A DNA stretch of 64,000 nucleotides, taken from assembly GCA_963745305.1 (NCBI GenBank), contig CAVUWL010000001.1, forward strand, positions 32,278 to 96,277. The letters are read 5' to 3'. Below the pieces are notes generated by a model. The model made no database searches and was not told where the DNA came from. It was given only the letters and a program-made list of their open reading frames with translations. Positions within the stretch are counted from its first letter, which is position 1. Every line of letters begins with the position of its first letter. The DNA comes from an uncultured Solirubrobacterales bacterium (GTDB lineage: Bacteria; Actinomycetota; Thermoleophilia; Solirubrobacterales; 70-9). The translations under genes and the position numbers were made by a program. Positions 1 to 10,928 of this stretch are shown one piece after another.

Positions 1-2875
1 CCCCCGAGGTCCGCGCCGCGGTCCTGCGCGCCCACGACGAAGCGGTCGCCGAGGGAGTCTCCTACCTGCGAGCGCCACGCCTGCTTCGTGCAGCGCGGCG
101 CGGGGGCGAAGACGATCGAGCCCGGCGCCGGCCTGGTCGCGATGGCCTTCCGCCACCGCTCCTCGCGCGCCGGCGACCCGGCCCTCCACACCCACCTCGT
201 CACCGCCAACCTGACCCGCGCCGCCTCCGACGGCCGCTGGCTCAGCCTCGCCGCCCCGAAGGGCCGCACTCCCTTCTGGCGCCAGGCCAAGGCAGCCGGC
301 TACGTCTACCAGGCGGCGCTTCGCGCCAACGTCACCCGCGAGCTTGGACTGCAGTGGCATGCCCGTCCACAACGGCTACGCCGACCTCGCCGGGATCGAG
401 CGCACCGCGATCGAGCACTTCTCCCAGCGCCGGGCCGAGATCGTCGAGGCGATGGCCGAGCGCGGCATCGACCTCCGCGGCCGCCGCCGAAGTCGCCGCC
501 TACAGAACCCGCGACGCCAAGGACTACGGCGTAGACCCCGACACCCAGCGCTCGGAGTGGGTGGCCCGCGCGGCGGAGTTCGACCTCACCCCGGACTCGA
601 TCGACAGGCTCCTGCCATTCCGCCGTTCGCCGCGAGCCGCGTCCGATCGGCGCCGCCGAGCTCGAGCGCGCCCTCGCCGAGCTGGAGGCCACCCACTCCC
701 ACTTCGACCGCCGCGACCTGATCTGCGCGCTCGCCAACCAGCTCCCCGAGGGCGCCGACGCCAGCGCCCTCGATCGCGCGGTCGACGGTCTGCTCAGCAG
801 CGAGCGCCTGATCGAGATCCACCGCGGCGCGGATGCGATCGACTCCACCTACTACACGACCCCGCGCCTCTGGGAGCTGGAGCAGCGCTTCGTCAAGACC
901 GCCCGCGAGGGACAGAAGGCCGGCGCCGCGGTGGTAGATGAGGCAACCCTCGCCGCCGTCCTCGCACCGCCACAGCTACCTGAGCGCCGAGCAGGCCGAG
1001 ATGGTCCGTCGCCTCACCACCGGCGGCGAGCGGATCGTCCCGGTCGCGGCGCTGCCGGGCTCGGGCAAGACCACCGCCCTTGCCGCCGCGCGCGAGGCAT
1101 GGGTGGCGGCCGGGCACCCGGTGATCGGGGTCGCCACCGCCCGCAGCGCCTCGGGCGAGTTGAGCGACGCCGGCGTCCCCGCCACCTCGATCACCGCGCT
1201 CCTGATCCGCACCGGCGAGGCGACCGAGACCGGACACCGCCCGCTTGCCCCCGGCACGGTGATCGTCATGGATGAGTCGAGCACGACCTCGACCCCGCAC
1301 GCCGCGGCCCTCGCCGAGCTGGCCGAGCAGCTGCGAGGGCAAGCTGGTCGCGATCGGCGATCCGCGCCAGATCGGGGCGGTCGGTCCCGGCGGTCTCTAC
1401 GGGCACCTGACCAAGGTGATCGAGCCGGCCGTCCTCACCGAGATCCGCCGCCAGCGCGACCCGCTCGACCGCCGCATCGTCGAGCTCGCCCACGAAGGCC
1501 GCGGCTCCGACGCGCTCGACCTCTTGCGCTCCAGAGAGCGGCTGGTGATCGCCGACACCCTGCCCGAGGCCCTCGACGCGCTCGTCCTCGACTGGCACGA
1601 GCGCTACAGCGCCGGCGAGGACGCGGTGATGATCGCCCGCCGCGGTCGTGACGTCGCCGAGCTGAACGCGAAGGCACGCGAGATCCTTGCCGCCGAGCGC
1701 AGGGTGGGGGAGACGGCTCTGAGCGTCGCCGGGCGGGAGTTCGCCATCGGCGACCGTGTCGTCACCCGGATCAACACCCCGGAGGTATCCAACCGCGAGC
1801 GCTGGCACGTGATCGCGATCGACCAGGCGAGGCAATGCGTCTGAACTGCAGCGGGTTGGCGGTGACCAGCGCAACGTTGTCCTCGACCGCGACTACCTCG
1901 AGCGCCGCACCCCCTCCGGCGAGGCGGCGATCCAGCACGCCTACGCGCTGACCACCTACGCCACCGAGTCAAAGACCTTCGACTCCGCCTTCGCCTTGCT
2001 CGACGCTGGGATCAGCCGCGAGGACTTCCTCGTCGCGGTCTCCCGCGCCCGCGGCGCCACCACCGCCTACGGCGTCGCCGCCTCCGAGCTGACCGACCCC
2101 GAGCTCGGTCCCGGCACCCGCGAGATCGAGGACTCAGCCCACGAGCTGCGAGCCGGCGCCGAGCGATCCGCTGGCGAGTTCGCCGCGGTCGAGGTCGCCG
2201 CCCGCAAGCGCCTTGAGGCGCAGCCGGCCTTCGAGCTGATCAAACGTCGCACCGAGTTGGAGCGCCGGCTTGCCGGCCAGAAGGAGCCTTCGCCAGTCAG
2301 GCAGCGACTCGACGCCGTGGAGCAGCGGCTTGCCGGAGGCAACGCCCGCCTCGCCGAGCTGTCCGCGAAGCGCGAGGCGCTCTCAGCCGAGCGCCGCCCC
2401 GATCGCGGCGAGCTGGCACGTATCGAAAGCACCGAGCGTCTCGCCTTCCAGCAGCTCGGCCGTCTTCGCGACGAGCGCGACAGCCTTGCGGTTGAAGTCG
2501 CGATCGAGTCCCGCCGCCCCGCCGGTCTGAGCGACGCCGAGCGCTCCGAGCTGGCGCTGATCGGCGAGCGCCTGCAGCAGCTGCGCCGCCGCGAGGTGGC
2601 CGCCGAGCGGCTCCAGCCGTCCAAGCTGATCGAGGAGACCCTGGGCGACCGGCCCGCTGACCCCGCCAGGGCGGCGCTTTGGAACGAAGGCGTCGATCTG
2701 ATCTACGCCTTCCGCCACGGACACGGGATCGCCTCGCGCGGTGGCGATCCGCTTGGTCCAAAGACCGGCGACGCGGAGCGAAGGGCGGCCGAGCTGCGGC
2801 TTGACCCGTATCCAACAGAGCCTCGGCCAGGAGCGGTCGCGAAGCGCCGAGCGGTCCATCTCTATCGCGCGCTGA
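1..2875 (+). pseudogene. MobF/TraA-type conjugative relaxase-helicase; 5' end outside window, reading frame broken repeatedly
   Basis: Relaxase His-triad block AFRHRSSRAGDPALHTHLVTAN (ORF 88..534). RecD-like P-loop LPGSGKTTALAAAREAW and VIVMDESS (ORF 938..1651). GDPRQIGAVGPGG and later helicase blocks (ORF 1272..1844). Coiled-coil C-terminal region (ORF 1996..3099). Last block RIQQSLGQERSRSAERSISIAR ends at TGA 2873..2875 in another frame. Coding signal switches forward frame near 340, 475, 640, 965, 1330, 1830 and 2795. Confidence 0.8.
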
Positions 2876-2954
2876 GGCAGAGGCCAATGCCCGGGCGGCA
2901 GCCGGGAGCCACGCGAGCCGCATGGTCGCACGCTTCGCGTGCGGGGGCGGCCGC

Positions 2955-3522
2955 ATGGCCTCCCAGCCGCAGAGCCCGAGAAACCAGGCCGAGTGCCGAG
3001 CACAGATCCTCGATCAGCTTCTTCACTCCGAGCGCGATCGGCTGCTGCGCCAGGTGCGCTTGCACTCCCGGCGCCGGCAGGACGCAGAGGATGCGCTGAG
3101 CGATGCCTGCGTCCAGTTTCTTCGCTACTACGACGGCCGGCAGGGTGAAGATGCTTTGCGTTGGATGCTGGTCGTCGCCAAACGGTGTGCCTGGGCGATC
3201 GGCGCGGCGAGCGCGGTTGCGCGAAGGCCGCTCTCAGGTGGTTCCTTTCGAGATGGCCGGCGAGGATCTGGCGATCGTTGTGAGGGAGGAGCGGATCGGG
3301 CCGGCCGAGCTGACAGAGCGCTCTGAGGAGACGGCCCGGGTGGTCGAGGCGATCGAGCAGCTGAAGCCCGACGAGCGCACGGCGCTGATCCTGCTCGGCC
3401 TCGGTTGCTCATACAAGGAGATCGCCGAGCTGCGCGGATGGAGTGCCACGAAGGTCGACCGTTGCATCAGGGAGGGCCGGGCGCGGGTCAGGGATCAGCT
3501 GGGGAGGGGGGACAGATGCTGA
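2955..3522 (+). pseudogene. ECF-type sigma-70 family factor, two halves in different frames
   Basis: Region-2-like DAEDALSDACVQFLRYYD (frame of ORF 2922..3326). Region-4 HTH LKPDERTALILLGLGCSYKEIAELRGWSATKVDRCIREGRARV (ORF 3103..3522). Frame change somewhere in 3190-3240. Start could be ATG 2922 or 2955. Confidence 0.7.
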
Positions 3523-3854
3523 GGCCAGAGCCTTTAGCCCTTATGGAGGTTCTGCAACCGATCGAGTTCAACGACGCGCTCCTGCGCCTGCAGGGAATGA
3601 TCGGCTCAGAGGTCAAGGTGATCGTCAACTTCTACGGGCGCTTCTTCGGCTGCGGCTTTGAGGGAGAGCTTGATTCGGTCCAGACGCTGCCGCCCGATGA
3701 CACCGCGGTGCGCCTGGTCTTCGACGCCGGCGCTGGGCTCTTCCTCGACCCCGCCGATGTGGAGGCGTTCCTCGGCGGCAGCGCCGGGTCGGGTCCGAGC
3801 TGGCTGGAGCTCCACCTCTCCTTTGGCGCCACGGTGACGATCGAGTCCGCTTGA
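3516..3854 (+). CDS. hypothetical small protein, start overlaps the sigma-factor stop
   Basis: ATG 3516 overlaps the sigma-factor TGA 3520..3522 (ATGCTGA). High third-position GC ORF MLRPEPLALMEVLQPIEFNDALLRLQG... No recognisable domain. Confidence 0.5.
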   Translation: MLRPEPLALMEVLQPIEFNDALLRLQGMIGSEVKVIVNFYGRFFGCGFEGELDSVQTLPPDDTAVRLVFDAGAGLFLDPADVEAFLGGSAGSGPSWLELHLSFGATVTIESA

Positions 3855-3955
3855 GCTGGTTCCGGAACACGACAAGCCACACCTTCGAGCTCATCCAGCC
3901 CGCGAGCGTCTCCTCACCCTCAAACCTCGTGCCGACCCGATCGCCACCTAGCCCG

Positions 3956-5103
3956 TTACACGGAGACCAGGCTCCGCTCATCGCTTTCGCTGGCTGCCTC
4001 CTCGCCTGAGGGCTCGGTGGATCCGCGGCCCGGTTCCTCGGCGGCCCGCGTCGCTGAGGGCTCGCCGCTCGCCTCAGAGCTCACAGCCCCAGCGCCGCTA
4101 CCTTCCACCCGCTCCCGCACCTCGCGTGCGATCGCCTCGACCAGCTCCGGCCGCCCCTCCAACGTGGCCTTCGCCTTCGCCCGGCCCTGCCCGAGGCGCT
4201 CCTCGCCGTAGGCGAAGAACGCTCCCCGCCGCTCGATCACCCTGTGCTCGACCCCGAGGTCAAGCACGCAGCCGACCTGGGAGATCCCGCGTCCGAAGTC
4301 GATGTCGAACTCCGCCACTCCGAACGGAGCCGCCACCTTGTTCTTGGCGACTTTGACCCGCACCCGGTTGCCGACCGCGTCATCCCCGTCCTTGAGCGTC
4401 TCGACGCGGCGGATGTCGAGCCGCTGAGAGGCGTAGAACTTCAGCGCCCGCCCACCCGGTTGAGTCTCTTTCGGCCCGTAGATCACGCCGATCCGCTCGC
4501 GCAGCTGGTTGGTGAAAAGGCAGGTCGCGCTTGACTCTGCCGCAGGTTGCCGGCCAGCTTGCGCAGCGCCTGACTCATCATCCGCGCCTGCAGGCCGACG
4601 GTCTGATCGCCCATCTGGCCCTCCAGCTCCGCTTTCGGCACCAGTGCCGCCACCGAGTCGACCACCACCAGCGCCACTTCCCCGGATCGCACCAGCAGGT
4701 CGGCGATCTCCAGAGCCTGCTCGCCCCAGTCGGGCTGGGAGAGCAGCAGCGCATCCATGTCGACGCCGATCGCGGCGGCATAGGCCGGGTCCATCGCGTG
4801 CTCGGCGTCGATGAACGCGCATCGCCCACCCGCGCGCTGCGCCTCGGCGATCACGTGGTAGGCGAGAGTCGTCTTGCCGGAGGACTCGGGCCCGTAGACC
4901 TCGACAACCCGGCCCCTGGGCACCCCGCCGACTCCGAGCGCCAGGTCCAGTGAGAGCGCCCCGGTCGAGATCGCCTCGACCTCGGGCAGCCCGCTCTCGC
5001 TCGGCGAGATCACCGAGCCCTCGCCGAACTGCCGCTCGATTCGCGCCAGCGCACTCGCCAGATCGACGACAGCACCGTTGCCATTTCCGTTTGCCTTGCT
5101 CAT
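3956..5103 (-). pseudogene. recA: RecA recombinase with one frameshift
   Basis: N-terminal half in ORF 4483..5103: P-loop [52 protein letters not shown]-terminal half in ORF 3956..5269: [36 protein letters not shown]. Frames join near 4530. Acidic C-terminal tail. Confidence 0.9.
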
Positions 5104-5507
5104 CGCTCATTCCTCCTTTTATCGATTTCCTCTGACCAGGGCGGCGGCCATCCACCACCCTCCAATGCGTGTTGAAGTTCCTCAGCGCCGACATGGGCCA
5201 GCGCATGCGTCCGCTCCCGCTGAAACCCGCGGCCCAGATAGGGCGAGAGCGCGAGTCGGCGACTGTCAAACAACCGGTGGTGGGTGCGACAGAGCGCGAT
5301 CACGCAATCCGGACTCGCGCAACCTCCGAGTCGCTGTGGCACCAGATGAGCCGGGTCGACGGGGCGCCTCCCACAGACCACACAGCCGGTTCCGGAGACC
5401 TTGAGTCGCTGCTCGGGTGAAGCGGGAGTTCGGGGCGCACGAACGATCGATCCGGGCGGCAGTGGCCCAGAGAGCAGTCCTCTTCGGCTCATCGGCCTCG
5501 AGTCCAT
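5100..5507 (-). CDS. small HNH endonuclease-like protein, translationally coupled to recA
   Basis: [16 protein letters not shown]...[10 protein letters not shown] (Cys pair plus HNH-type His/Asn-like core). Its stop overlaps the recA start as ATGA at 5100..5103. Confidence 0.65.
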   Translation of the reverse strand: MDSRPMSRRGLLSGPLPPGSIVRAPRTPASPEQRLKVSGTGCVVCGRRPVDPAHLVPQRLGGCASPDCVIALCRTHHRLFDSRRLALSPYLGRGFQRERTHALAHVGAEELQHALEGGGWPPPWSEEIDKRRNER

Positions 5508-5666
5508 ATGACTTCTAAAGATCCGAGGACCGAGATTTGTCCCCCCCTTTAGATCGGGCGGGCAGATCCAAGACCGCCGAAGGCCAATGGGGGTCAGTTT
5601 TGGTGGGCCCGCCCCTTAAAAGACCGAGCCCAAACCGGCTCCGTAACCACCACAGAAGGGAACCCC

Positions 5667-6017
5667 ATGAACAACGTCACCCTCACCGGTCATCTCACCC
5701 ACGATCCCGAGCTGGTCTACCACGACGACCGTCCGATCTGCAAGATGCGCCTCGCCGTCGACAATGGCTCGCGCCCGACGACCTACATCGACGTGCGTAC
5801 CTTCGACGAACAGGCCTATGTCTGCGCCGAGTACATGCACAAGGGCAGCAAGATCGCCGTCAATGGCCGCCTTATCTATGACGAGTGGCGCAGCGCCGAC
5901 GATTCCAAGCGCTACCGCTACAGCGTCATCGGCTGGGTCGAGTTTCTTGACCGACCCCCTCGCGAGAAGGACACCGAATCCGACAAGAATGAGCCCCAGG
6001 TAGCCGTTGCCGCGTAG
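5667..6017 (+). CDS. ssb: single-stranded DNA-binding protein
   Basis: OB-fold SSB pattern MNNVTLTGHLTHDPELVY...RLAVDN...FIDVRTFDEQAYVCAEYMHKGSKIAVNGRLIYDEW. GAAGGGA Shine-Dalgarno-like motif 6 nt upstream of the ATG. Confidence 0.85.
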   Translation: MNNVTLTGHLTHDPELVYHDDRPICKMRLAVDNGSRPTTYIDVRTFDEQAYVCAEYMHKGSKIAVNGRLIYDEWRSADDSKRYRYSVIGWVEFLDRPPREKDTESDKNEPQVAVAA

Positions 6018-6023
6018 TTCCGT

Positions 6024-6080
6024 CCCTCCCGGGGGCCCCGGCTTCTGGTGCCGAGGTCTCCGGGAGGCCTTTTCTTTCTT
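6024..6080 (+). terminator. rho-independent terminator candidate after ssb
   Basis: CCCTCCCGG (about 6024..6033) pairs with CCGGGAGG (about 6058..6067), followed by CCTTTTCTTTCTT. Confidence 0.55.
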
Positions 6081-6465
6081 CCAATCCGCAGAACTCACAC
6101 CTCTCGACTCTTCGGTGGACCTTCGCGCCCCATCATCACTAGCCGGATCGCGTCGTCGAACCGCTGAGCAACCCGTTCCTGTCCAGTCCTGCATAGCGGC
6201 TTATGGCGAACAGCATCCAATTCCCGCCGAGGCCTCAAACGGTCTCAAGCATGCCCCCGACTCACCTTCCGGCCCTCACCTCCTCTTCCGGTTGAGAATT
6301 CACCCCGCCCTCTTTACTCCAGTCCGCTCCGAGGCCCAGTGACGTCGTATCGCTCACCCCTGTGGGTTTAACGGCGTCGACAGTGGCTCGTTCCACCGGG
6401 CACTCAAGTCAACGGGCAGAAACTGCCACCCAGTCCCAGCGCCCGCACTTTTTCGGCCTCTACGC

Positions 6466-7242
6466 TCAGCCCACGACCTGCGCGATCGCCGCCGCCGCGA
6501 AGGCAAACCCGAGCAAAGCGCTCACCCTTTGGACGGTGCGACGTGGGCGACGGGCCATCTTCTCCGAGGCGCTCACGACGGCGAGGCCCCCACACCAGAC
6601 CAGGCGCGCCGATGGCGCGACCAACATCACCAACATTATCGGCCAGCATGAGGCCACACAGGCGCTTCCATGGACAACCCCAAAGCGCACGGTGCCGGCG
6701 CTGGCCCGCCAACCACGCGGCGGCAGCGGCGAGGTGCGATGACAGCGGTTGAGCGCGATCCGCTTGGCGGGCGAGAGCTCCCACAGCGCCGCAATTGCAA
6801 GGCCGACGGTGAGTAGGACGGCCGATTGTTTAATCGGCATGAGCCCAATGAGGAATAGCGCCAACGCCCCAAAGGCGAGCCAGAGCATCAGGTAGGCGAG
6901 GATGAACTCCCAGACCGCGCGCCGGCGCCGGCGCCGCAGGCTGTTTACCGCCACATGCCCGCTCGCCGGGATCGCCGCCGGCAACATCATCGCCAGGGCC
7001 ATCAGCGACCACATCGGCATCCCGGCCAGAGCTTGTGAGAAGGGGCCGCCCGCGCCGGCGATCTGTCCGCTCATGCCCGGCATGCACATCCAGATCGAAG
7101 CCGAAGAGGACGGCGGGGCGCCGGCGGTCGCGCTCGGCAGGGCCGCCATCGTCAGTGCCAGCGCGATCCAGGCAAGGCTCGCGAGGATTGCCACGCCGAG
7201 CACCGGCGAAGGCAGGATCTGCGCTGCGCTGCCGTGGGCCAC
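6466..7242 (-). CDS. polytopic membrane protein, DUF2182-like (predicted metal-binding membrane protein)
   Basis: 258-aa ORF with about six hydrophobic segments and Cys/His positions (NRCHRTSP, HGSACVASCW). Family assignment is from memory only. Lies 25 nt downstream of the tyrosinase on the same strand. Confidence 0.55.
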   Translation of the reverse strand: MAHGSAAQILPSPVLGVAILASLAWIALALTMAALPSATAGAPPSSSASIWMCMPGMSGQIAGAGGPFSQALAGMPMWSLMALAMMLPAAIPASGHVAVNSLRRRRRRAVWEFILAYLMLWLAFGALALFLIGLMPIKQSAVLLTVGLAIAALWELSPAKRIALNRCHRTSPLPPRGWRASAGTVRFGVVHGSACVASCWPIMLVMLVAPSARLVWCGGLAVVSASEKMARRPRRTVQRVSALLGFAFAAAAIAQVVG

Positions 7243-7266
7243 CCGCCAGCTGGGTTACCCACGGCA

Positions 7267-8697
7267 TCAGGCGTCGTAGAAGACGCTGACCCGCCCGATT
7301 CGCACCGGTGGGTCTGCCTCGGAGGGTGGCTGGACCAAGTCGTTCTCGTCGGGAACTTCCGGCGGGATCAGCGCCAGCGGCCTGAACGTCACCGCAAGCT
7401 CGTGCCCGGCCCACTCGCCGCGCGCCGCCAGTTCGTGGGCGATCGAACTGATGTCCATCGCGATCCGCAGCCCGTGGGCGGGCTCATCGCCCTGCGGATC
7501 TCGTGCCCCCTCGATGCCGAAGAAAGAGAGGTTGCCGACGTGATGGAGGCCTCGAGCTCCGCCGGCGCATCTTCCGGCAGGTCGGCATAGACCCCGTAGA
7601 CCGTTCCGGGGTTCGTCTCGCCTTCGATGTCCTCGACGTTCAGATAGACGTTCTGGCTCGGGCTCAGGGTCTCCGCGGCGTCAGCGTCGATCAAGACATC
7701 GACGCTGACGGCCGCGCCGTGCAGCTCAAAGCTCTTTTCAGTGGCACCGATTAGCTGTGGTTCTGGAGATTTCAAAGGTGCGGCCTCCGAGGCTCTTGCT
7801 GCCGGTACCGACGGCGCCCTGACAGCCGCGGCGACAGGCGCTTGTCCGGCCGACGTGTCGTAGCTGTAGCCGAGATCGGCCACCGTTGCAAGGACCTCCT
7901 CGCATTTCATCGCCACCTTATGGCCGTTCTTGTCAAAGAACTCAAAGCTGTGCCCGCGCCACTTCGATTCGGCCGGATCGATGTGGCCGGAAGTTTCGCT
8001 CCACACCGACCACAACCGGTCGATGTTCGCGTGATGGAGCCAGAAAATCGGGTCCTGCGCGGCGGTAAGGATGTTCCCCATCAGACCCGTCCCGCCACCA
8101 ACGAAATTGTGAATCGCGTTATGCGGGGTATCCTCGAGCCTGCCGGTGCGGTGAGAGAACTGGGTGGCGGCGTTGACACCGCCACCGAATTCAGCCGCGC
8201 CGATGAAGTGCCCTCGCGCCAGCGCTTTCGACGGCGCGGTTGCGAGGGCTGGCAGCCCTGCGCCGGAGTTAATTCCCGGGCGCCCGCCGGCTGACGTAAA
8301 GCGGATTTGCCTCTCCGTTCGCCGACTGTGGTTTGCGAAAGGCGTGCGGCAGCGTCGCGTATTTACCATCGAGTCCATAATTCCAATATGGCAGCGCCCA
8401 GTCGGCAGGCCCACCAGCCTCGATGACGGCCGCTCGAACGATTTCCTCGAAGTGGTAGAGAAACATCCGGTGCCAGGGCAAGAAGAACCAGGTACCGTGC
8501 TGGCATTGATTCCACAATGCCTGGTTCGGCTTCGCTTCGGTACCATGAATCGCCGCCTGGTAGGCCCAGCTCGTCGGGTCACTCGCCGGCCTCGCCTGCA
8601 AGACCTTCACTGCCTTGGCATAGCCGCTGATGATCGGATCCTCTGGCGTTAGACCCCAGACCTCGCGTCGAACAAAGGTGCCCCCACTGCTAGTCAT
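7267..8697 (-). pseudogene. tyrosinase / polyphenol oxidase with C-terminal shielding-type domain, two frameshifts
   Basis: CuA region [34 protein letters not shown] (ORF 8269..8697). CuB region [10 protein letters not shown]...[15 protein letters not shown] (ORF 7389..8582). Final segment [16 protein letters not shown]...VRIGRVSVFYDA (ORF 7267..7458). Frame changes near 8275 (GGGAATTAAC) and near 7500-7560. Confidence 0.85.
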
Positions 8698-8924
8698 GGA
8701 TCCTCCAGTTCTATGTGCTGTCGCCTAGTCGGCGATGCGGAGACTGCACCCCACCAAATCGAGTTAAGCCTCCACCCGAAACAGCTGGATCGTAAATGAC
8801 TCCAGCTCGTGCTTGCCGGTCGATTTGCCAATCAGAGAGTCAAAATACCGATAAAAGTGAAACACAACCAGTCCGACGTCCCACGGCCGACGCGCGAAGC
8901 GCCCAGTCCCTGTCCGGTGGTGGG

Positions 8925-10925
8925 TCACCCCACCCCGTCAACCCCAACCCGCTCCCTCCAGTAACCCAACCCACCATGTCCATGCATCGCCGTGTACAGC
9001 GGCCGACACCCGGCGTCTTTGAATTCATTTTCCGTCGGGAAGGACTCGCGTCCCACCAGGAACTCCGCCAGCTCCCGCTTGATCCGCCCCTCTGTCCACG
9101 GCCGCTTCAGCTTCTTGTACCGGAGGCCGAATCGGTCCGCCCAAAGCTCCGCGCCGCCGTGAGACCGGACAGCGAAGCAGACTGGCCCCATCCCCGCGGC
9201 TTCGAATTCCTTCAGGCTTGGCCAGTCTTCCCGACCGCTCAGGAATGGAGCCAAGGCAGCTTGCAGCCTGGTCTCGTTCCAGCTGACGATCCCTCGCGGT
9301 ACGTTCACACCGAAGCGGTTTCCCCAGTAGTAGGGCCCGCCCCACGCCATCAGCTGAGCGTGCAGCCGCCCCCGGCCAGCATCTGCGAACTCTTGGTAGC
9401 TGGGCCACTCATCTCGACCGGCCAGCAACTCGCCAAGCTTCTTCGCGATCCGCTTCTTTGGCCACGGCCGTGGTTTCCGCAGTCTGCCAGCGCCGACCAT
9501 GCCCGGCTTGAATTCCCGCAGCCTCGTCGTCGCCTCGCCCATCAGCGGTCCCCGGCCGCGCCTAAAAATCCATGCCCGCTGCAGCGCGGGGCCCGAGCCC
9601 GGTTCGATCACCACGCAGTCGACCAATTCCTTGACGACTTCACAGCGCTCTCGCCTATCCAGCGATTGCCAGTCCGCCTCGATCGCCCCCAAATCTAAAA
9701 CCGGCCCATCCATCTCCCGCCGCGCCCTAGCCAGCTCAAGCAGCGCCCGCTCGTTCAGCCGCTGCCGCCTCGCCAATCCCGCCTCAAAGGAATGAGAGCC
9801 GAGCGTTCTCCGCAGACGCGGATTTCCGCCGTAGGCGTCCAGATCTTCAAACGTCGCCTCAGCCGCAACCCGGCATTTCTCCACCGCGGCCTGACACCTC
9901 TGCATGGTCGCCGCGCTGGCACCCGCCGATGCCGGGCCGCGCCGGTCAAAAATGAACTCTTCGACCAGAGGATCAAGTTCCTCTGCCGCCATGTGCGCCG
10001 GTGCAACACAACTACTGTCGTTGCTCCTGCAGTTGTAGCTGTTGGCACCTTTGTAGCTCGATGCCGGTTGCGGAGCCGCCATCGTCTCCCCGCAGGTGGC
10101 GCACCTGATCATGCCGGCCACCAGGCCACCAAATCGGTTGGTCTGAGTCTGTGGCAGGCCCTGGCACTCCTGCCAGCTCGCCGCATCGATGATCGGCTTG
10201 TGTGCTTTTCGATTGCGATGCGATCCTGAGAAGGCCTCTCCTCGATAGGTTGGATCGGCGATCATCCGCATCACCATCGGCCTGTTGAAACTCCTCCCAC
10301 GCTTGGGTTTCAACCCAGAGCCGTTCAGGAACTCCGCGAGCTCGTCATAGCTCGCTCCCCGCCGCCGGCGCCCGTAGATTGTCTTAATCAGCGCCGCCTC
10401 TCGCGGTTCGATTTGCAGCCGGCGGTCCTCACCCCGCCGATACCCGAACGGACCCTCGCGGCCGACGTAGATCCCGCGCTCTATTGCTCTTTCTGTAGCG
10501 ATATCCCAGCTTGAGCGCATCCGGTCCAGTTCCCACTCGCCGATCGAAAATAAAGTCCTTGCGACGAGCTTCCCCGTCGGTGTGCTCAGGTCAACACCGT
10601 CTTGGACGCTGACGAAGGTCCCTCCGGCGCTTTCAATCCTCGCGATTGACTGCAGCCCGTCCACCACAGAGCGAGCGAAGCGATCGAATTTGGCTACCAC
10701 GATGCCGTTTGACTCGCCGCTCTCCACCCGCGCCAGCGCCCGCCTCAGCAGCGGCCGATTTGCCCGAGCGCCGCTCTCGTCGAGCTCTTCGAAAACCTCG
10801 CCCAGCTCCGCATCATGCGATCTGGTCCAGGCCTCGATCTCCTCGCGTTGCACCGATGGCGAGATGAAGCTTTCGCCCTCTCGGCCTCGGACATCTGAGA
10901 CCCTGATGTAGCCGTCAACGTGCAA
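8925..10925 (-). CDS. large serine recombinase with three C-terminal ~53-aa repeats
   Basis: Resolvase-type N-terminus GYIRVSDVRGREGESFISPSVQ...VVAKFDRFARS. Recombinase domain and Cys cluster (CATCG...C). C-terminal repeats W..RI...L..FL.GR..WPS..EF..AG...GG...W..RFG x3 at about 8925..9430. TTG start. Confidence 0.9.
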   Translation of the reverse strand: MHVDGYIRVSDVRGREGESFISPSVQREEIEAWTRSHDAELGEVFEELDESGARANRPLLRRALARVESGESNGIVVAKFDRFARSVVDGLQSIARIESAGGTFVSVQDGVDLSTPTGKLVARTLFSIGEWELDRMRSSWDIATERAIERGIYVGREGPFGYRRGEDRRLQIEPREAALIKTIYGRRRRGASYDELAEFLNGSGLKPKRGRSFNRPMVMRMIADPTYRGEAFSGSHRNRKAHKPIIDAASWQECQGLPQTQTNRFGGLVAGMIRCATCGETMAAPQPASSYKGANSYNCRSNDSSCVAPAHMAAEELDPLVEEFIFDRRGPASAGASAATMQRCQAAVEKCRVAAEATFEDLDAYGGNPRLRRTLGSHSFEAGLARRQRLNERALLELARARREMDGPVLDLGAIEADWQSLDRRERCEVVKELVDCVVIEPGSGPALQRAWIFRRGRGPLMGEATTRLREFKPGMVGAGRLRKPRPWPKKRIAKKLGELLAGRDEWPSYQEFADAGRGRLHAQLMAWGGPYYWGNRFGVNVPRGIVSWNETRLQAALAPFLSGREDWPSLKEFEAAGMGPVCFAVRSHGGAELWADRFGLRYKKLKRPWTEGRIKRELAEFLVGRESFPTENEFKDAGCRPLYTAMHGHGGLGYWRERVGVDGVG

Positions 10926-10928
10926 TCT

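Noticed and set aside
5430-5667. LexA/SOS (Cheo-type GAAC-N4-GTTC) box upstream of the HNH-recA operon
   Set aside because: The only similar string (CGAACGATCGATCC, about 5440) lacks the GTTC half-site and lies inside the HNH coding region.
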